The notes beneath the pieces are model-generated. The model saw nothing but the letters and a program-made list of their open reading frames with translations. It was not told the DNA's origin and ran no database searches. A stretch of DNA of 64,000 bases from Octopus vulgaris. Its lineage: Eukaryota. The DNA is taken from the NCBI GenBank assembly GCA_951406725.2, contig OX597838.1, positions 5,084,001 through 5,148,000 of the forward strand, written 5' to 3'. The translations under genes and the position numbers were made by a program. Every line of letters begins with the position of its first letter. Positions within the stretch are counted from its first letter, which is position 1. Shown here one piece after another: positions 1 through 14,059 of the stretch.

Positions 1-89
1 TGCACCTTGGGTCAATGGTTACTATATCCCTGAACCGACTGAAGTCATGTGAGTGGACTTGGAAGAGGGAGTCGGGAAGAAAACTGTCG

Positions 90-120
<31 letters not shown>

Positions 121-303
121 GCACATATATATGGGTGTCTTTTTCCTTGTGTTTGTCCCCCCCCCACCATCGCTTGACAAACGATGCTGGTGTGCCTAAC
201 GGTTCGGTAAGTGAGAGTGATAGAATAAATACCAGCCTAATAAAGATTAAGTGCTGGTGTCGATACATTCGAGAAAAAATTCATTAAGGCAGTGCCCCAG
301 CAA
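1..303 (+). mobile_element. SINE family B (CORE-like, internal microsatellite), 5'-truncated by the window edge
   Basis: Matches the fuller copies at 15044-15398 and 60487-60885 (gcaccttggg..., ccaccatcgcttgacaa.cgatgctggtgtg, cggttcgg...gatagaataa, aaggcagtgccccagca). Confidence 0.85.
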
Positions 304-330
304 CATCCTTACATTGCAGAAAAAATAACC

Positions 331-395
331 TGCGGTTAGTTATGAGACTCGAACTCACATCTGTGTGATGACCGGCCAATTGCTTTACCTTTAAG

Positions 396-398
<3 letters not shown>
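331..398 (-). pseudogene. tRNA-like remnant (tRNA pseudogene or SINE head)
   Basis: Minus strand TAGCTTAAAGGTAAAGC...GTGAGTTCGAGTCTCAT. D-stem GCTT/AAGC, T-stem GTGAG/CTCAT with a TTCGAGT loop. The anticodon arm is broken and the 5' acceptor strand is replaced by (TA)n. Confidence 0.6.
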
Positions 399-429
<31 letters not shown>

Positions 430-653
430 TGCACTATCGGCTTCATGTGCTCATTGTATGCGATTTGCTTCTTGGCAGTGGTTCATTGTGGTAGTACGCT
501 TTGGAGACGACTTCCTCAAAGCACTAAGTGGGAGTTGACCCTAAAGCGCTATCCAGCAGCGAACAGGTGAACACACAAAAATCATACATTCAATATGTGC
601 AGTTGATAATGTTTACAGAACTGGTGCTGCTTCATTTGTAATAGAATAACACA

Positions 654-711
<58 letters not shown>

Positions 712-713
<2 letters not shown>

Positions 714-917
714 GTGACCGCGTGTGTACCGTTGGCGAATTTTTTTTATTACTCTGTCTTCCCTTCTCTGGATCTTTCCTTCCCCTATGTTTCCGACGTA
801 GAGCTCCGCTCGAAACTTTAAACCCTCCTTCTTTCCTTCTTTCCTGAGCGTCCAATAATACTATATTTGTTCCACGTCCTCGCGTTGTTGTGTTTTTTTG
901 TGCTTTCTTGTTTGGAT

Positions 918-922
<5 letters not shown>
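712..922 (+). mobile_element. ~210-bp microsatellite-embedded cassette (family H1) carrying a hammerhead-like motif at 789-823
   Basis: Homologous to 3249-3454, flanked by (CA)n and (TA)n. Motif gttt-CCGACGT-A-GAGC-TCC-GCTC-GAA-ACTT-T-aaac. Confidence 0.75.
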
Positions 923-983
<61 letters not shown>

Positions 984-1544
984 CTCTTATATGCGCATTC
1001 ATGCATACAGGTGCACACACACGCTCACACAATCATGTACATATGCATGTTCTTATTTCTGTAGAGGCACATTTACACACGTGATTTTTTTCGTGTGTGT
1101 GTATGTGATATGTGCACCACGTGCGAGAGATAATGAGGATGCCAACATTTCGATAAAGAACGACCGTATAAGTACACTTAAATTTTATCAGCACAAAAAC
1201 CCCCTGCATTTCATGATCAATTACACTGCTATAATTCAATTGTGTTGGAATAAATATGTCTACTGATGTACTTCCGGTAGTCAAAGGATCATAATTTGCT
1301 CCATTGATTGCTGTGTATGAAGCAAAAAATTGGGGGGAAAAAGAAGAAAGAAAATGAGGAAGACTTGTACAGATTAAGTAGAAGGAGTATAAAATATGAA
1401 AAGGGAAAGAATTTTGTGGTTGATAATTAATGTGGAAAGCGAAATTATCACGTGGTATGATATATTACTGCAGAAAAAAAAGAAAAGAGAAGTAAGTGAT
1501 GGATTACTGGTATGCAGATTGAAGGCCGATATGGGGTTATGAAA

Positions 1545-2605
1545 CACCACTACTACCACAACCGACACGATGGCGCCCCACAGCACCAGCCGCCCCTCAC
1601 TACAATCCTAACCACCGACACTACCACTATCGCCACCACTAATACCACCACCACCACGACTACCATCATAACCACTGCTGCCACCGTTACCACTACCGCT
1701 ACCACTAATACCACCACCACAGCCGCCACTACTACCATTACTACACCCATCACCACCACCACCACCACCACCGCACCACAAATACCCTGCAATCAGTATA
1801 GCCACTGGTAGCACAACTACCATCACAACACCCACTAGCCATAGCCAATGCCATCATGACGGCCACCACTATCTCTAGAACTACGACCCATACCACATCC
1901 ATCATCAACACGATCACCACCAATTATACCACCGCCAGCACAACTCATTCATTAGAGTCCTATACTACAACAGATACTCTACTGTAAGTCTACAACATCC
2001 CTACCACAACTACAACTACTACTATCACCACCATCACCACCATCACCACCATCGTCACTACCGCCACCACCACTACCACCTCCAGAAATAACACGATTAC
2101 CACTACTACAACCACCGCCAAAACCAACATTACCACGATCACATCCACTAGCACCACCACTAACACCACAAATACCACCAATACCACTACAACAATCACC
2201 ACTACCGCGCCAACCACTACCTCCACAACCATCCTTACCACCGCTACCTCTACCACCTCCGACACCACCACGACCATCACGACCAACATTCTTACCACTA
2301 CCGCTCCGAATACTGCCGTCACCGCCAGAATTACCACCAGTTCACCACCACCACCACTGAAACAAGAACATGTAATACATCACAACCCTCATCACCATCA
2401 CCATCATAACCATCATAACTACAACCACAATCAACGCACCCACCCAACGACGACCAATTCCACTACTACGACTACTACTACCCCCCCCCGCCACATCAGT
2501 CACCACTACCACCCCCATCAAAGCCCCCACTCCCACCACCACCACCACCATAACCGCCACAGCAACAATCATAACGACGACCACCACCACCGTCATCACC
2601 AGCCT
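1545..2605. repeat. Degenerate (ACC/ACT/ATC)n trinucleotide region
   Basis: About 1 kb of cryptic triplet repeat that yields Thr-rich and Val-rich spurious ORFs with frame changes and stops. Confidence 0.85.
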
Positions 2606-2824
2606 CGTCAATATAAGAAAACTATAATGGGTGACATCGTAATAATATTTGACACGGAAACAATTTGTTGACCGAGAAAATTAGAAACAATATAATTGGA
2701 AGGAAATAAATAAAATTGAAAATAGAATATATTGGCTGACGGAGGAAATAAGCAATAGATTAAATTGTGCAATAGATATTTGCAAGATGGCGCTGGGTTC
2801 CACAAAACAGAAATAAAAATAATA

Positions 2825-2894
<70 letters not shown>

Positions 2895-3187
2895 TTATGA
2901 TAGTAATAATAATGGCAATAATAATAATAACAACAACAGCAATAATCATTATAATAAGAACAATAATAATAAACATAATGAAGAAGAAAAAGAAGTTGGT
3001 AATAACAGAGTGAATACATAAGTACGAATTCATAATTGTACTTTTTGTATCGATGTATATAGGTTAATATATATACATATACATATATATGAATATATAT
3101 ATATATACATATAAACACACACACATATATATATATATACATATGGATACATACATACATATATACTTATACGGACATAGGCGTGCA

Positions 3188-3248
<61 letters not shown>

Positions 3249-3251
<3 letters not shown>

Positions 3252-3454
3252 ATCTCTTGAGCACCACCAGCAAAAATATTTTTCCTCTGTCTTCCCTTCT
3301 TGGGATCTTTCCTTCTCCTTGTTTCCGACGAAGAGCTCCGCTCGAAACGTTAAACCCTCCTTCCCTTCTTTCCTGAGCGTCAAATAATACTTTAATTGTT
3401 CCACGTCCTCGCGTTGCTGTGTTTTTTTCTGTGTTTTGTTGTTTGGATTAACTA
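3249..3454 (+). mobile_element. Family H1 cassette carrying a minimal hammerhead variant
   Basis: Second copy of 712-922. It starts right after (TA)n and ends with the same gtttggattaacta terminus. Confidence 0.78.
3321..3355 (+). ncRNA. Minimal type-I hammerhead ribozyme variant (Penelope-type)
   Basis: Stem I GUUU/AAAC, core CCGACGA plus an extra A, stem II GAGC-UCC-GCUC, GAA, palindromic stem III ACGU, H17=U. Confidence 0.6.
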
Positions 3455-3737
3455 TGAAGGAAGTTTCTTCGAAGTATACGTCTCGCTTTTATCCTTCGAA
3501 ACGTAGAGTAGATGAAACCTTAGCGACTGAAGAAGGGGATTTTTCGTTGTGCTTATTGTCCTGTATCTCTTTTTTTCTTTTTTGCTTGTCCTGTTCCTTG
3601 GTTTGTGTCTATGTTTTTCGTCTCTCTATGTGTTCGACGTCTTTTTGGTGTCCTGTACACATATATGCGTGTATATGTACATGTAGAGGTAGGTACGTAC
3701 ATATATGTTTATATATATGCATATGTTCTATTTTATT

Positions 3738-3814
<77 letters not shown>

Positions 3815-3902
3815 CTTTTTGTACAAAAACTGGAAGTGAGAAAAGACAACACGGAAGAGAAAACTTTCAAGCACTGTATTACTTTGCTGCTTAAATGAAT
3901 TA

Positions 3903-3934
<32 letters not shown>

Positions 3935-4275
3935 CTTTCTCGGACTTCCTCGCCGTATCTATCTATCCATCTATCTATCTATACGTACGTACATGCATGT
4001 ACAATATACACATATATACACATACGTATACTTGTGTGACACTCGCTGACGATACATCGAAGAGGCCAGGGAACAGAAGAAAGAAGAAGAAAGAAGACAT
4101 GCACCCAACACCAGAGCTGAAGACACCTCCAAAAGGGGGGGGGGCATGCCACGTCAAAACGGTAGAGGAGTAGGGGCCGAAACCGGACGTGGTTCCTCCT
4201 GATGATGTATGAGCTAACTGGATCCTACAAAGGAGCTGTTGTGGTAGCAGACCACGAAACACGGTTGTAATTCCT

Positions 4276-4320
<45 letters not shown>

Positions 4321-4338
4321 TATGTATATACATATAAT

Positions 4339-4375
<37 letters not shown>

Positions 4376-5236
4376 GTGTGTGTGTGTGTATGTATGTGTA
4401 TAGGCGTAAATATATACTCGATGATGTAAATACTCCAGAGAAAGAGAAGGATGCCAATACAAGGATGCAGAATGATGCAAGCAGGAATGTGAATGCGAGC
4501 TAAACCATAACAAATTGCAACTCCGATTTTCGTGTTTTAGCATTTTTGCAATTCCCAAGTATTATTAAAAGAAAACATTTCATATTTACTCACAGAAATT
4601 TGAGTCCGTTGAATAAGCTGCATAAACAGAGAATAGAATACGTTTTGTTTGGTGAGAACGTGTAAGAATATTACAGGTTGATATCCAGTTTTCATACTCA
4701 AGGCATTTTGAAATATTTGAATAAAAAAAAATGTTGTTCATCAATGAAGACAAAAATATCGAATATGAAATGCGCGGGAAGAAAAAGAAAAAAAAACAAA
4801 GAATTTGTTAATTTGGAAATGTAACTACAGTTTTTTTTAGGAGGCGCCCTGCGTTTAGCCTGCAGACATTTGAAAATATTTGAATGAATATTAGTGCTGA
4901 CAAAAATATGTTAATTGGCCAGGTCTCGTTTCAGTATCAACCGTCCAGATCAAAGTAACCGATATTCGTAGGGGTGTGTGGTGGTTTTATTGAGATAGAA
5001 CTCTTGCTAAATGTATACATATCAATATACGAATCAGACTATCGGATGTTCTTATACACATCTATTCGCAAAGCAATTTTTAGTTCTTTTTTAATTACGC
5101 CACGCTTTTCCATCTTGATCCCAAATTGTTTTAACAATATCTCTTGCACGCCGAAGTGGAGTGCATCTGAGTGGCCAGTTTTCGGTTTCATACAAAGATA
5201 CACACACATATATAAAACTGTTAATATATATATATA

Positions 5237-5370
5237 AATCTTTTTGGTTAGTTTATTTTGTCTCTCTGTCTTCTCCCCTAGCGCTATATGAACATTTAAA
5301 GTGGCTTTAGGGTCAAGGTTTTGACTGCTATTTCAGCATGGTGGTATCTCTCAGATACCCTAATTTACAG
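5237..5370 (+). repeat. Fragment of the repeat family that forms the inverted pair at 54374-54726
   Basis: gcgctatatgaa...tcaaggttttgactgctatttcagcatggtggtatctctcagataccctaat aligns by eye with 54626-54717. Confidence 0.7.
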
Positions 5371-5465
5371 TTTTTAATTAATTATTACCTTCGTATGGTA
5401 TTTATTCCCATGCTGGCCACTTGATAAGATCGGTATTTAAATATCGATATTATCCTTATTTATAA

Positions 5466-5520
<55 letters not shown>

Positions 5521-5559
5521 TTTAATTTCTTTGAATCGACTCACACACACATCTATAAG

Positions 5560-5760
5560 TATAGGTTGATTCGCTAGCTTCTGCACGTGTTTTTTTTCTC
5601 TCCTTGTTTCTTTTCTGTGTATCTTTCTGTTGAAGAGCGTAGGCTCGAAACGTAAAAGACTTGTTTTATTTATATCCCTGAGCGCCATACTAATGCAATT
5701 GTCTGTTTGTATTCCACCTGCCTTCGTCTTTTGTTTATTTTCATAAAGCTTCCCGTTATA
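5560..5760 (+). mobile_element. Family H2 cassette with a hammerhead variant at 5622-5659
   Basis: Homologous to 33391-33594, 55660-55820 and 61063-61280. Motif tcttt-CTGTTGA-A-GAGC-GTAG-GCTC-GAA-ACGT-A-aaaga. Confidence 0.75.
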
Positions 5761-6170
5761 AGTATAGATATGGCCGATAGCGTTTCTTTAGGCAATTAAA
5801 GAAACTATGACTGATTTCTAGAGTCATGTTATATACATTCTTTTAATAAATATCTGATAGACTGCGCGAAACAATACACTAATTAAGTTTAACTTAAAAC
5901 TATCACAAACCGTTTCTTCACCTCTCTATTCTTATCTACAATACTGAAGTCGAAAGTGATCGCTTTAAATACAACCAACGGGGTTTGAATTTCAACCGCT
6001 GAATTTATACCATCGGACAGATTTTTAACACCTTTTCATATGTGACTACTGAATAACATCTATATTTTTTTGCCCAGAATATTGTATATTATATGGAATT
6101 CATCTACCAGAAACTCTGTAGGTTATTAATATGCTGTTCACTAAGTTCTTTATCTATTTATTCATTTTTA

Positions 6171-6660
<490 letters not shown>

Positions 6661-7317
6661 ATGTACGATTAGCTTTGTGTTCCCCTGGTGAGTTTCATTA
6701 TAATTATTACTTGTAAGTAAAAGAGTGACCAGCGCGGAAACAATGGCGGACTTGGTGTTGGCAATAAAACAGTCGGGAGTCGGGAAGTTCGCAGATTTTA
6801 TTGTTTTGTAATGGAATTTTTGAAACACATTCGTTATTAGAATCTGATCGCATTTGTTTCGTGCTTATGATTTGTTATCGATTAAAAGTTTCCTTTTGCA
6901 ATAATGTTATTTTTGTAGTTTAATAAATACTGTTAGATAACTATTACCTGTTATGTAGTTCAAATTTTCTTTCTATCATGACAGTGTTTTTATAGTATGT
7001 TACTACTATTACCATTGATTTGACTTTGGTTTGTTCTTTGCCTATAGAATTTAGGTGGGTCGCGGGTTACTAACTGTCGCCCTAGATATCCATAATATTT
7101 CGATAGTCTCTCAATTTGCTAAAAAACTTCCGGATAATCCTCCTTGTCCTTAAGAAGCAAACTTGCGGTAGAAGATGCACAAGACCTCCTATTCCATTCT
7201 CCTTCAGATATTTGCCTTTATCTTGGCTTACTGTTCCATTATTATCATTCTTAGAAAGAGCCTGTCGAATCGTGAGCACTCCGAACAAAATGCAAAGCAG
7301 CATTTGTCTATCTTTAC

Positions 7318-7477
7318 GTTATGAGTAAAGTCCGACATTGCCTTTCATCCTTTCGGGGTCGATAAAATAAGTACCAGTTGAATACTATGGATTGATATAA
7401 TCGACTATCCTTCTCCATAAAATTTCAGGTCTTGTGATTCTAATAGAAACAATTATCATCATCATTATTATTATTAT

Positions 7478-7545
<68 letters not shown>

Positions 7546-7800
7546 TTATTATTATTATTATTATTATTATTATCCTCATCATTATTAGTCAGCAGAATCA
7601 TCAGAACGCCGGTCAAAATACTTAGCGCCCTTCCGTCAGTTTTTTTATGTTCTGACTTCAAATTCCATCAAGGGCGATCTTGCCTTTCATCCTTTCGGGA
7701 TCGATAAACTAAGTATCATTGAAAATTTGGGGCTGACTTAATGGACTATCTTCCTCATCCAAATTCCAAGCCTTGTGCCTAGAGAAGAAAAAGGATTATT
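7318..7800 (+). mobile_element. Two decayed SINE family A copies (old tail type) separated by (ACT)n/(ATT)n
   Basis: gcctttcatcctttcggg.tcgataaa..aagta at about 7340 and 7682, with tails aaatttcaggtcttgtg and aaattccaagccttgtgcctagag. Confidence 0.85.
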
Positions 7801-8569
7801 TTTACACGTAATGCATTTTGGAGTTTCCTTTTGTGGCGATAGCGTATTTCTTGTAGTTCATTACTACGCGTTAATTCTTATACGCAAAGCATTTTGGGTC
7901 TTACGTTGCGAAATTTCGATAACGTGTTATCTATTCCAGGGTTAGTACACCATTCTTATAACACATAATGTATGGTTCTATGTCTGTGCGCCTGTGTGTG
8001 TGTGTTCGCATCTGTTTCTGTGTACGTTGTCTTTGTGCTTCCATCTGTGTGTGTGTGTGTGTGCGTGATAGTATTGCAACATTTTAAAGCAAATTATGGC
8101 ATTTTGTGTTTGGATAATTCTATAGCTTAGTCTGTTTATTAGAATTCATGTTGTGGATTAGCGCTTCCTGTATTCCGTGGGTTTCTTATCTCGGGCTTCG
8201 TTTGTTTAACCGAATCTAAATCCTCCAAATAGAAAATTACTTTACTAAAATGTAGTATTTGCGCGTGTAACTACTAGTTTCATGTAAACATAATTATTTA
8301 TTTAGAATATTTCGAGTAAACACACTTTATATAACAAGACGCAACGGAAATTTTAGGACAATAAAAATAAGAAAAACGTGGAAATTTTAACGGTGAGTGT
8401 GTTACAAAATAAGGCACAAAAAGAAAATGACTCTCCCCAGACACAATAGAATATGCTTCAACACACGAACTCATATAAAGAGTCTTGCAAACCAAATCCC
8501 AAAACGAAACATATATATATATATATACACACATACACACACAAATTTATATATATACATGCACAATGG

Positions 8570-8842
8570 ATTCTCCCATCCTTAGACGAGGTATGAGTGC
8601 TCAGCAATCTCTAACTGAACGACCACACAGATGATATGATATATTTATAGTGATCAAACGTTTGTGTGGACATAAGCTCATTCATTCCCTCAAATCGACA
8701 TTACCTGTACAGGTGCAACTGTGCGCCACGTGTCAGATGACGAAACGTGAAATAAAGTGCTTTGCTCAAAAACACGAAACAACGCCCGGTCTGAGAATCG
8801 GATCCAACATCTCACAAACATGAGTGCAACAACCTAACCACT
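8570..8842 (-). mobile_element. tRNA-derived SINE, head type D
   Basis: gtgaaataaagtgctttgctcaaaaacacg...cccggtctgagaatcg...gagtgcaacaacctaaccactaaacca resembles heads at about 45060-45170 and 26040-26138. Confidence 0.7.
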
Positions 8843-8869
8843 AAACCATATGCCTTCTAACTCACTCTC

Positions 8870-9049
<180 letters not shown>

Positions 9050-9066
9050 ATGCAGAGAAGGAGAGA

Positions 9067-9097
<31 letters not shown>

Positions 9098-9592
9098 GGT
9101 GAGAGAGAGACAGAGAGACTTATACACACGGTGGGCTTCCAATATAATTCCTATCCCTCAATCTCCAGCTCTTAAAGCTTTAGTGAACTCAAGAGCCTAT
9201 ATAAAAAGAGAAAGAGAAATAGAAAAAGAAAGTAGCCGAATTCACAACGGGGCGGGATCGATCTACAGAAGACGGATTTGTGATGCAAATCTTATCATCC
9301 AACTTTTGAATATCTACTAATGGAACCTGGATATACACTCACTGGGATTGCGCTGAAACAATCGCTAACAATGACTCTAATCCTGGAAAGCCAGCAGGAC
9401 TCATTCATATTAATGGTGTTATGAATATTAAAGTGACTGTCCTCTCATGCTGATCTTACACAATCGCGTTACGCTTCTCTCCATAAGAGCACTTGCACTC
9501 AGTTATGTCAGGGTCTCTCTGAGTACCTGTCTGCCTACTTGCGGCGTGTGTGTATGTGCGTGCGTTGGTACGTCTGCTTGTGTGTTTGTGTG

Positions 9593-9968
9593 GGAGGCGC
9601 AGTGGCCCAGTGGTTAGGGCAGCGGACTCGCGGTCATAGAATCGCGGTTTCGATTCCCAGACCGGGCGTTGTGAGTGTTTATTGAGCGAAAACGCCTAAA
9701 GCTCCACGAGGCTCCGGCAGAGGATGGTGGTGATCCCTGCTGTACTCTTTCACAGCTTTCTCTCACTCTTACTTCCTTTTTCTGTTGTAACCGTATTTCA
9801 AAGGGCCGGCCTTGTCACTCTCTATGTCATGCTGAATATCCCCGAGAACTACGTTAAGGGTACACATGTCTGTGGAGTGCTCAGCCACTTACACGTTAAT
9901 TTCACGAGCAGGCTGTTCCGTTGATTCGGATCAACCGGAACCCTCGTCGTCGTAACCGACGGAGTGCT
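9593..9968 (+). mobile_element. Full-length tRNA-derived SINE (head C + tail X) with probable TSD
   Basis: Pol III A box TGGCCCAGTGG and B-box-like GGTTTCGATTCCC. The 3' end is ggaaccctcgtcgtcgtaaccgacggagtgc. TTGTGTGTTTGTGT lies on both sides (9578-9591, 9974-9987). Confidence 0.9.
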
Positions 9969-9987
9969 TCCATTTGTGTGTTTGTGT

Positions 9988-10018
<31 letters not shown>

Positions 10019-10171
10019 TTGTGTATGTTTGTGCGTGTGTGTCTGTGTGCGTGTGAGTGTGTATCCTGGGTACGCGTTTAAATTGAATCCAGTAGTAGGT
10101 CTCTGGTTAGATATTACAAGTCTTTGAGGAATTTTAGAACCAGCAGTTAACCAATATGTTTCCCATGAAAT

Positions 10172-10566
10172 GCGGCGAGGTGGTAGAATCGTTAGCGTGC
10201 CGGGCGAAATGCTTAGCGGTATTTCGTCTGCCGTTACGTTCTGAGTTCAAATTCCGCCGAGGTCGACTTTGCCTTATATCCTTTCGGAGTCGATTAAATA
10301 AGTACCAGTTGCGCACTGGGGTCGATGTAATCGACTTGATTCGTTTGTTTGTCCTTGTTTGTCCTCTCTGTGTTTAGCCCCTTGTTGGTAGTAAAGAAAG
10401 AGGTATTTCGTCCCTCTGCTACGTTCTGAGTTCAAATTCCGCTGAGGTCAACTTTACATTTCATCCTTTCGGGTTCTATAAATTAAGTATCAGTCGCGTA
10501 CTGGGGCCGTCTAATCGACTGGCCCCCTCCCACAAAATTTCAGGCCTTGTGCCTAGAGTGGAAAAG
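10172..10566 (+). mobile_element. SINE family A, nested or dimeric (young copy joined to an older body)
   Basis: Body start GGTATTTCG at 10218 and 10402. The first unit has the young tail (...gccccttgttggtagtaaagaaa), the second the old tail (...aaaatttcaggccttgtgcctagag). Confidence 0.9.
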
Positions 10567-10763
10567 CTTCGATTCCGCAACAACAGCTATGAGCCGCGTG
10601 TGAAGCATCAGCACCTAAACTTAAGGCTGTAAATCGAAGCAGATAGGGACATATCAAATAAATGTGATCGTGTCATAGTTGAGCTTACTTTAACATTGCA
10701 TTGCAACACTCAGGACCGAAATATAACAATATTTTGCATTGTCGAGAAATTAAGTAGCAGTTA

Positions 10764-11035
10764 CGGGGTCGACAAACTAAGTACCAATTACACACTAGGG
10801 TCGATGTAATTGACTTAATCCGTTTGTCTTTCCTTGATTGTCCCCTCTACGTTTCGCCCCTTGTGGGCGATAAAGAAATAAGAAACCAGCCTTGTCACTC
10901 TCTGTGTCTCGGTAAATCTACTGGAGGACTACGTTAAGTGTAGACGTGTCTGTGGAGTGCTCAGCAACTTGCACGGGCAGGCTGTACCGTTGGTCGGATC
11001 AATGGAACCCTCGTCGTCGTAACTGACGGACCGCC
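10764..11035 (+). mobile_element. 3' fragment of SINE A followed by a tail-X SINE fragment
   Basis: cggggtcgacaaactaagtacca...gtgggcgataaagaaata, then ccttgtcactctctgtgtc...ggaaccctcgtcgtcgtaactgacgg. Confidence 0.85.
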
Positions 11036-11425
11036 AGCAGTTATATATATATATATATTGTATATATATTGATGTATATGTGTGTGTGTATGTTTCTGTG
11101 TGTGCGTGGGCGTGTGTCTGGTCACATAGGAATTTGGCTGCTGTGTCTAGCAGGTGTTATATCATCGTAGATGCTCCGCTGTTAACGCGAAAGCCACCTT
11201 GTTTATTAGCATTAATACTAATAGCTCTCAGGATTATGTGTAAACAGTTAAATATAATCATATATAATATTTTTTTTTCCACTGGATTCTTCTTAATGTA
11301 TGTCCATTTAGCAGCTGCGCTTACCGATTTCAAATCACTAATGGAACAAGACAAAGAGACATTTGAAAAACAACTTAAATTCAATATATACAACCATATA
11401 TTACCGCATACACACACGATACAGG

Positions 11426-11517
<92 letters not shown>

Positions 11518-12477
11518 AACATTCATACATATATCATTTATGTTATACAGGTCACGTGGCTAGAAAGAAAAATATAAAAGTCGTAAAAAGGTATTTTTTG
11601 AAAAACGAAAGAGCTTAATAGAAAATTGTAAAATGGCGTATCACATTGTTCGCCATATTACAGTGTAAAAACGCAGGCGTTTATGTGTATCGTTTTATGA
11701 TATGTGAGCATTGCAAAGAGTTATTGATTTGCTTTTTGTATTAAAATTTATATATAAAAAATATAATATATTTCTATAATAATTTTAAACGTGATTTCAT
11801 ATTTTATAGTATTTTTTTTTATTTGTTTTTGCTCAGTTTTTGAGTACATTACATATTTTATATTTATTTATATGTATTTGTATGTTTTGCCGTTGTTGCT
11901 GTTGCTGCTGCTGTTGCTGATGCTGCTGCAGTTATTTTCTTCATTCGGATATGTTTTTGTGTTTTTATCTAATTTCATATTTTCGTTTTCTTTCATTTCT
12001 TTTTTTTCTTCTTCTTCTCCTTATGAAATAGGTTACTTTCTTCTCGAGAGAAACCATTAACGCGCGATATGAAATTGTTTGAAAATAATACTGCGAAGAT
12101 TTCGTGAAAAAATGGAAGTTCTTAGACAATAACAAATACAGCTACATACTGCTGCTTGTGTTCTTGCTTATAATGATGGTGGCTGTGGTAGGCGTGGTGG
12201 TGATGCTGGTGATGGTTATGATGATGGTGATGATGATGATGAGGATGAGGAAGTTTCACCTTCGGCAGATGTTATGGCGGTTAATGTTGTTAAGGATGGT
12301 GTCGTTATTGACATTAACGTCTCTACAAAAACACCGTCACCACAGCAATCTCCAGCGCCACCACAAAGGCCACCATCACCAACAGCACAGAACCACTACA
12401 ACCACCAATATCACCACCATCACCACCACCAACACAAGCACCGCTACCATCACCACCGCCGCCACCGTCAGCGCTGT

Positions 12478-12509
<32 letters not shown>

Positions 12510-12641
12510 TTACTACAACAACGGTCATAGAAATATATATTGTGACAGTTACAGAACATAGAAAGTAATGTAACAACAATGACTGTATAATCTCAGTTAC
12601 ACCATCATAAATGGAATTACTATTTAAACTTAAAATACAAC

Positions 12642-12717
<76 letters not shown>

Positions 12718-12720
12718 ATA

Positions 12721-12922
12721 CTACAGTACGGGGTCAGTGATCAGGTCGCAGTCTCGAAGTGACGAAAATATTTTTTGGCAAATTCAATTTAAATCTTGAA
12801 GTGAATCTAACAGTTATTTTTTATTTTTAATATGGCTTATAAACACCTTCCATGCAGCAGTTGTTTTCGTTCCAGCACATGATCTCCGATCAGGTCACTT
12901 GCTATGCAAATACTTCTCCGTA
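12721..12922. mobile_element. ~200-bp non-repetitive cassette inserted in a (TA)n array (unclassified repeat)
   Basis: Complex sequence bounded on both sides by pure TA tracts. No internal homolog was found in the window. Confidence 0.45.
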
Positions 12923-12941
12923 ATATATATATGTATATATA

Positions 12942-13024
<83 letters not shown>

Positions 13025-13133
13025 GTATATACATATATATATACATACATATATATATACATTCATAAATTCATGTATATTTACATACATGTATACACAC
13101 ACATATACACACACACACATATATATATATATA

Positions 13134-13173
<40 letters not shown>

Positions 13174-13689
13174 TATATATGTACATGCACGAGTGTAAAA
13201 GTACAAGGCACACGCTGCCATAATTGCAGAAACATGATCCCACACATCGAAACGAACATCAAGACTGCAGGCGTTTCACCCAAAATGTACGTGAAGCTAG
13301 AAATGAAGAGATATTTAGATAAGAAACTTTTCGATTTGTTCATGCAAAAAATAAAAACACGCAGTAATGGAACACCAACGTATAACTTATGATTACAGAG
13401 AAAACATTATTAACATTGAGTAACATACACACATATATACATCCATACACACACATACACGCACACACATATACAGATATGTATATGCACACATTCATAT
13501 ACAGATAGACATGCGCAGACACACACAGTTTTGTGTGTAGGCCTCTCCATCTCTCTCTCCCTTTGGCACCTATAGATGCAAAACAATAATAATGGCGCAT
13601 TTTACGATGAAAACTTCAAAAGTGTACATATATATATATATTTGAATATATATGTATATATAATAATACATACATACATATATATATAT

Positions 13690-13920
13690 ATTGCTTTACT
13701 ACCCACAAGGGGCTAAACACAGAGGGGACAAACAAGGACAGACAAAGGGATTAAGCTGATTACATCGATCCCAGTGTGTAACTGGTACTTAATTTATCGA
13801 CCCCGAAAGGATGAAAGGCAAAGTGGACCTCGGCGGAATTTGAACTCAGAACGTAACGGCAGACGAAATATCGTTAAGCATTTCGCCCGGCGTGCTAACG
13901 TTTCTGCCAGCTCGCCGCCT
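13690..13920 (-). mobile_element. Full-length young SINE family A
   Basis: Reverse complement of GGCGGCGAGCTGGCAGAAACGTTAGCACGCCGGGCGAAATG...GAGTTCAAATTCC...TTAGCCCCTTGTGGGTAGTAAAG. Confidence 0.93.
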
Positions 13921-14008
13921 TATTCACTTCGGATTTGGTTCGACCATCGCTGCGTTGTGAGATCAAATTCCTGGACCGGGTTACGCGTTGTGTTCTTCAG
14001 CAAAACAC

Positions 14009-14059
<51 letters not shown>

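Noticed and set aside
1512-2605. Thr-rich mucin-like reading frames
   Set aside because: The frame shifts repeatedly, stops intervene, there are no clear splice boundaries, and substitutions hit all codon positions. Best explained as decayed (ACC)n. RNA-seq would be needed to exclude it completely.
4040-4275. TA-flanked cassette with CTGAAGA/CTGATGA and GAAACCGG/GAAACACGG words
   Set aside because: No consistent stem I/core/stem II/stem III arrangement could be assembled, so it was not called a hammerhead.
6743-6811. Short ATG-initiated ORFs in good context (MADLVLAIKQ...; also MAEMLCALVQ... at 41966)
   Set aside because: Under 30 codons, with no splice donor or homology. The ATGGCG is more simply part of the YY1-like motif.
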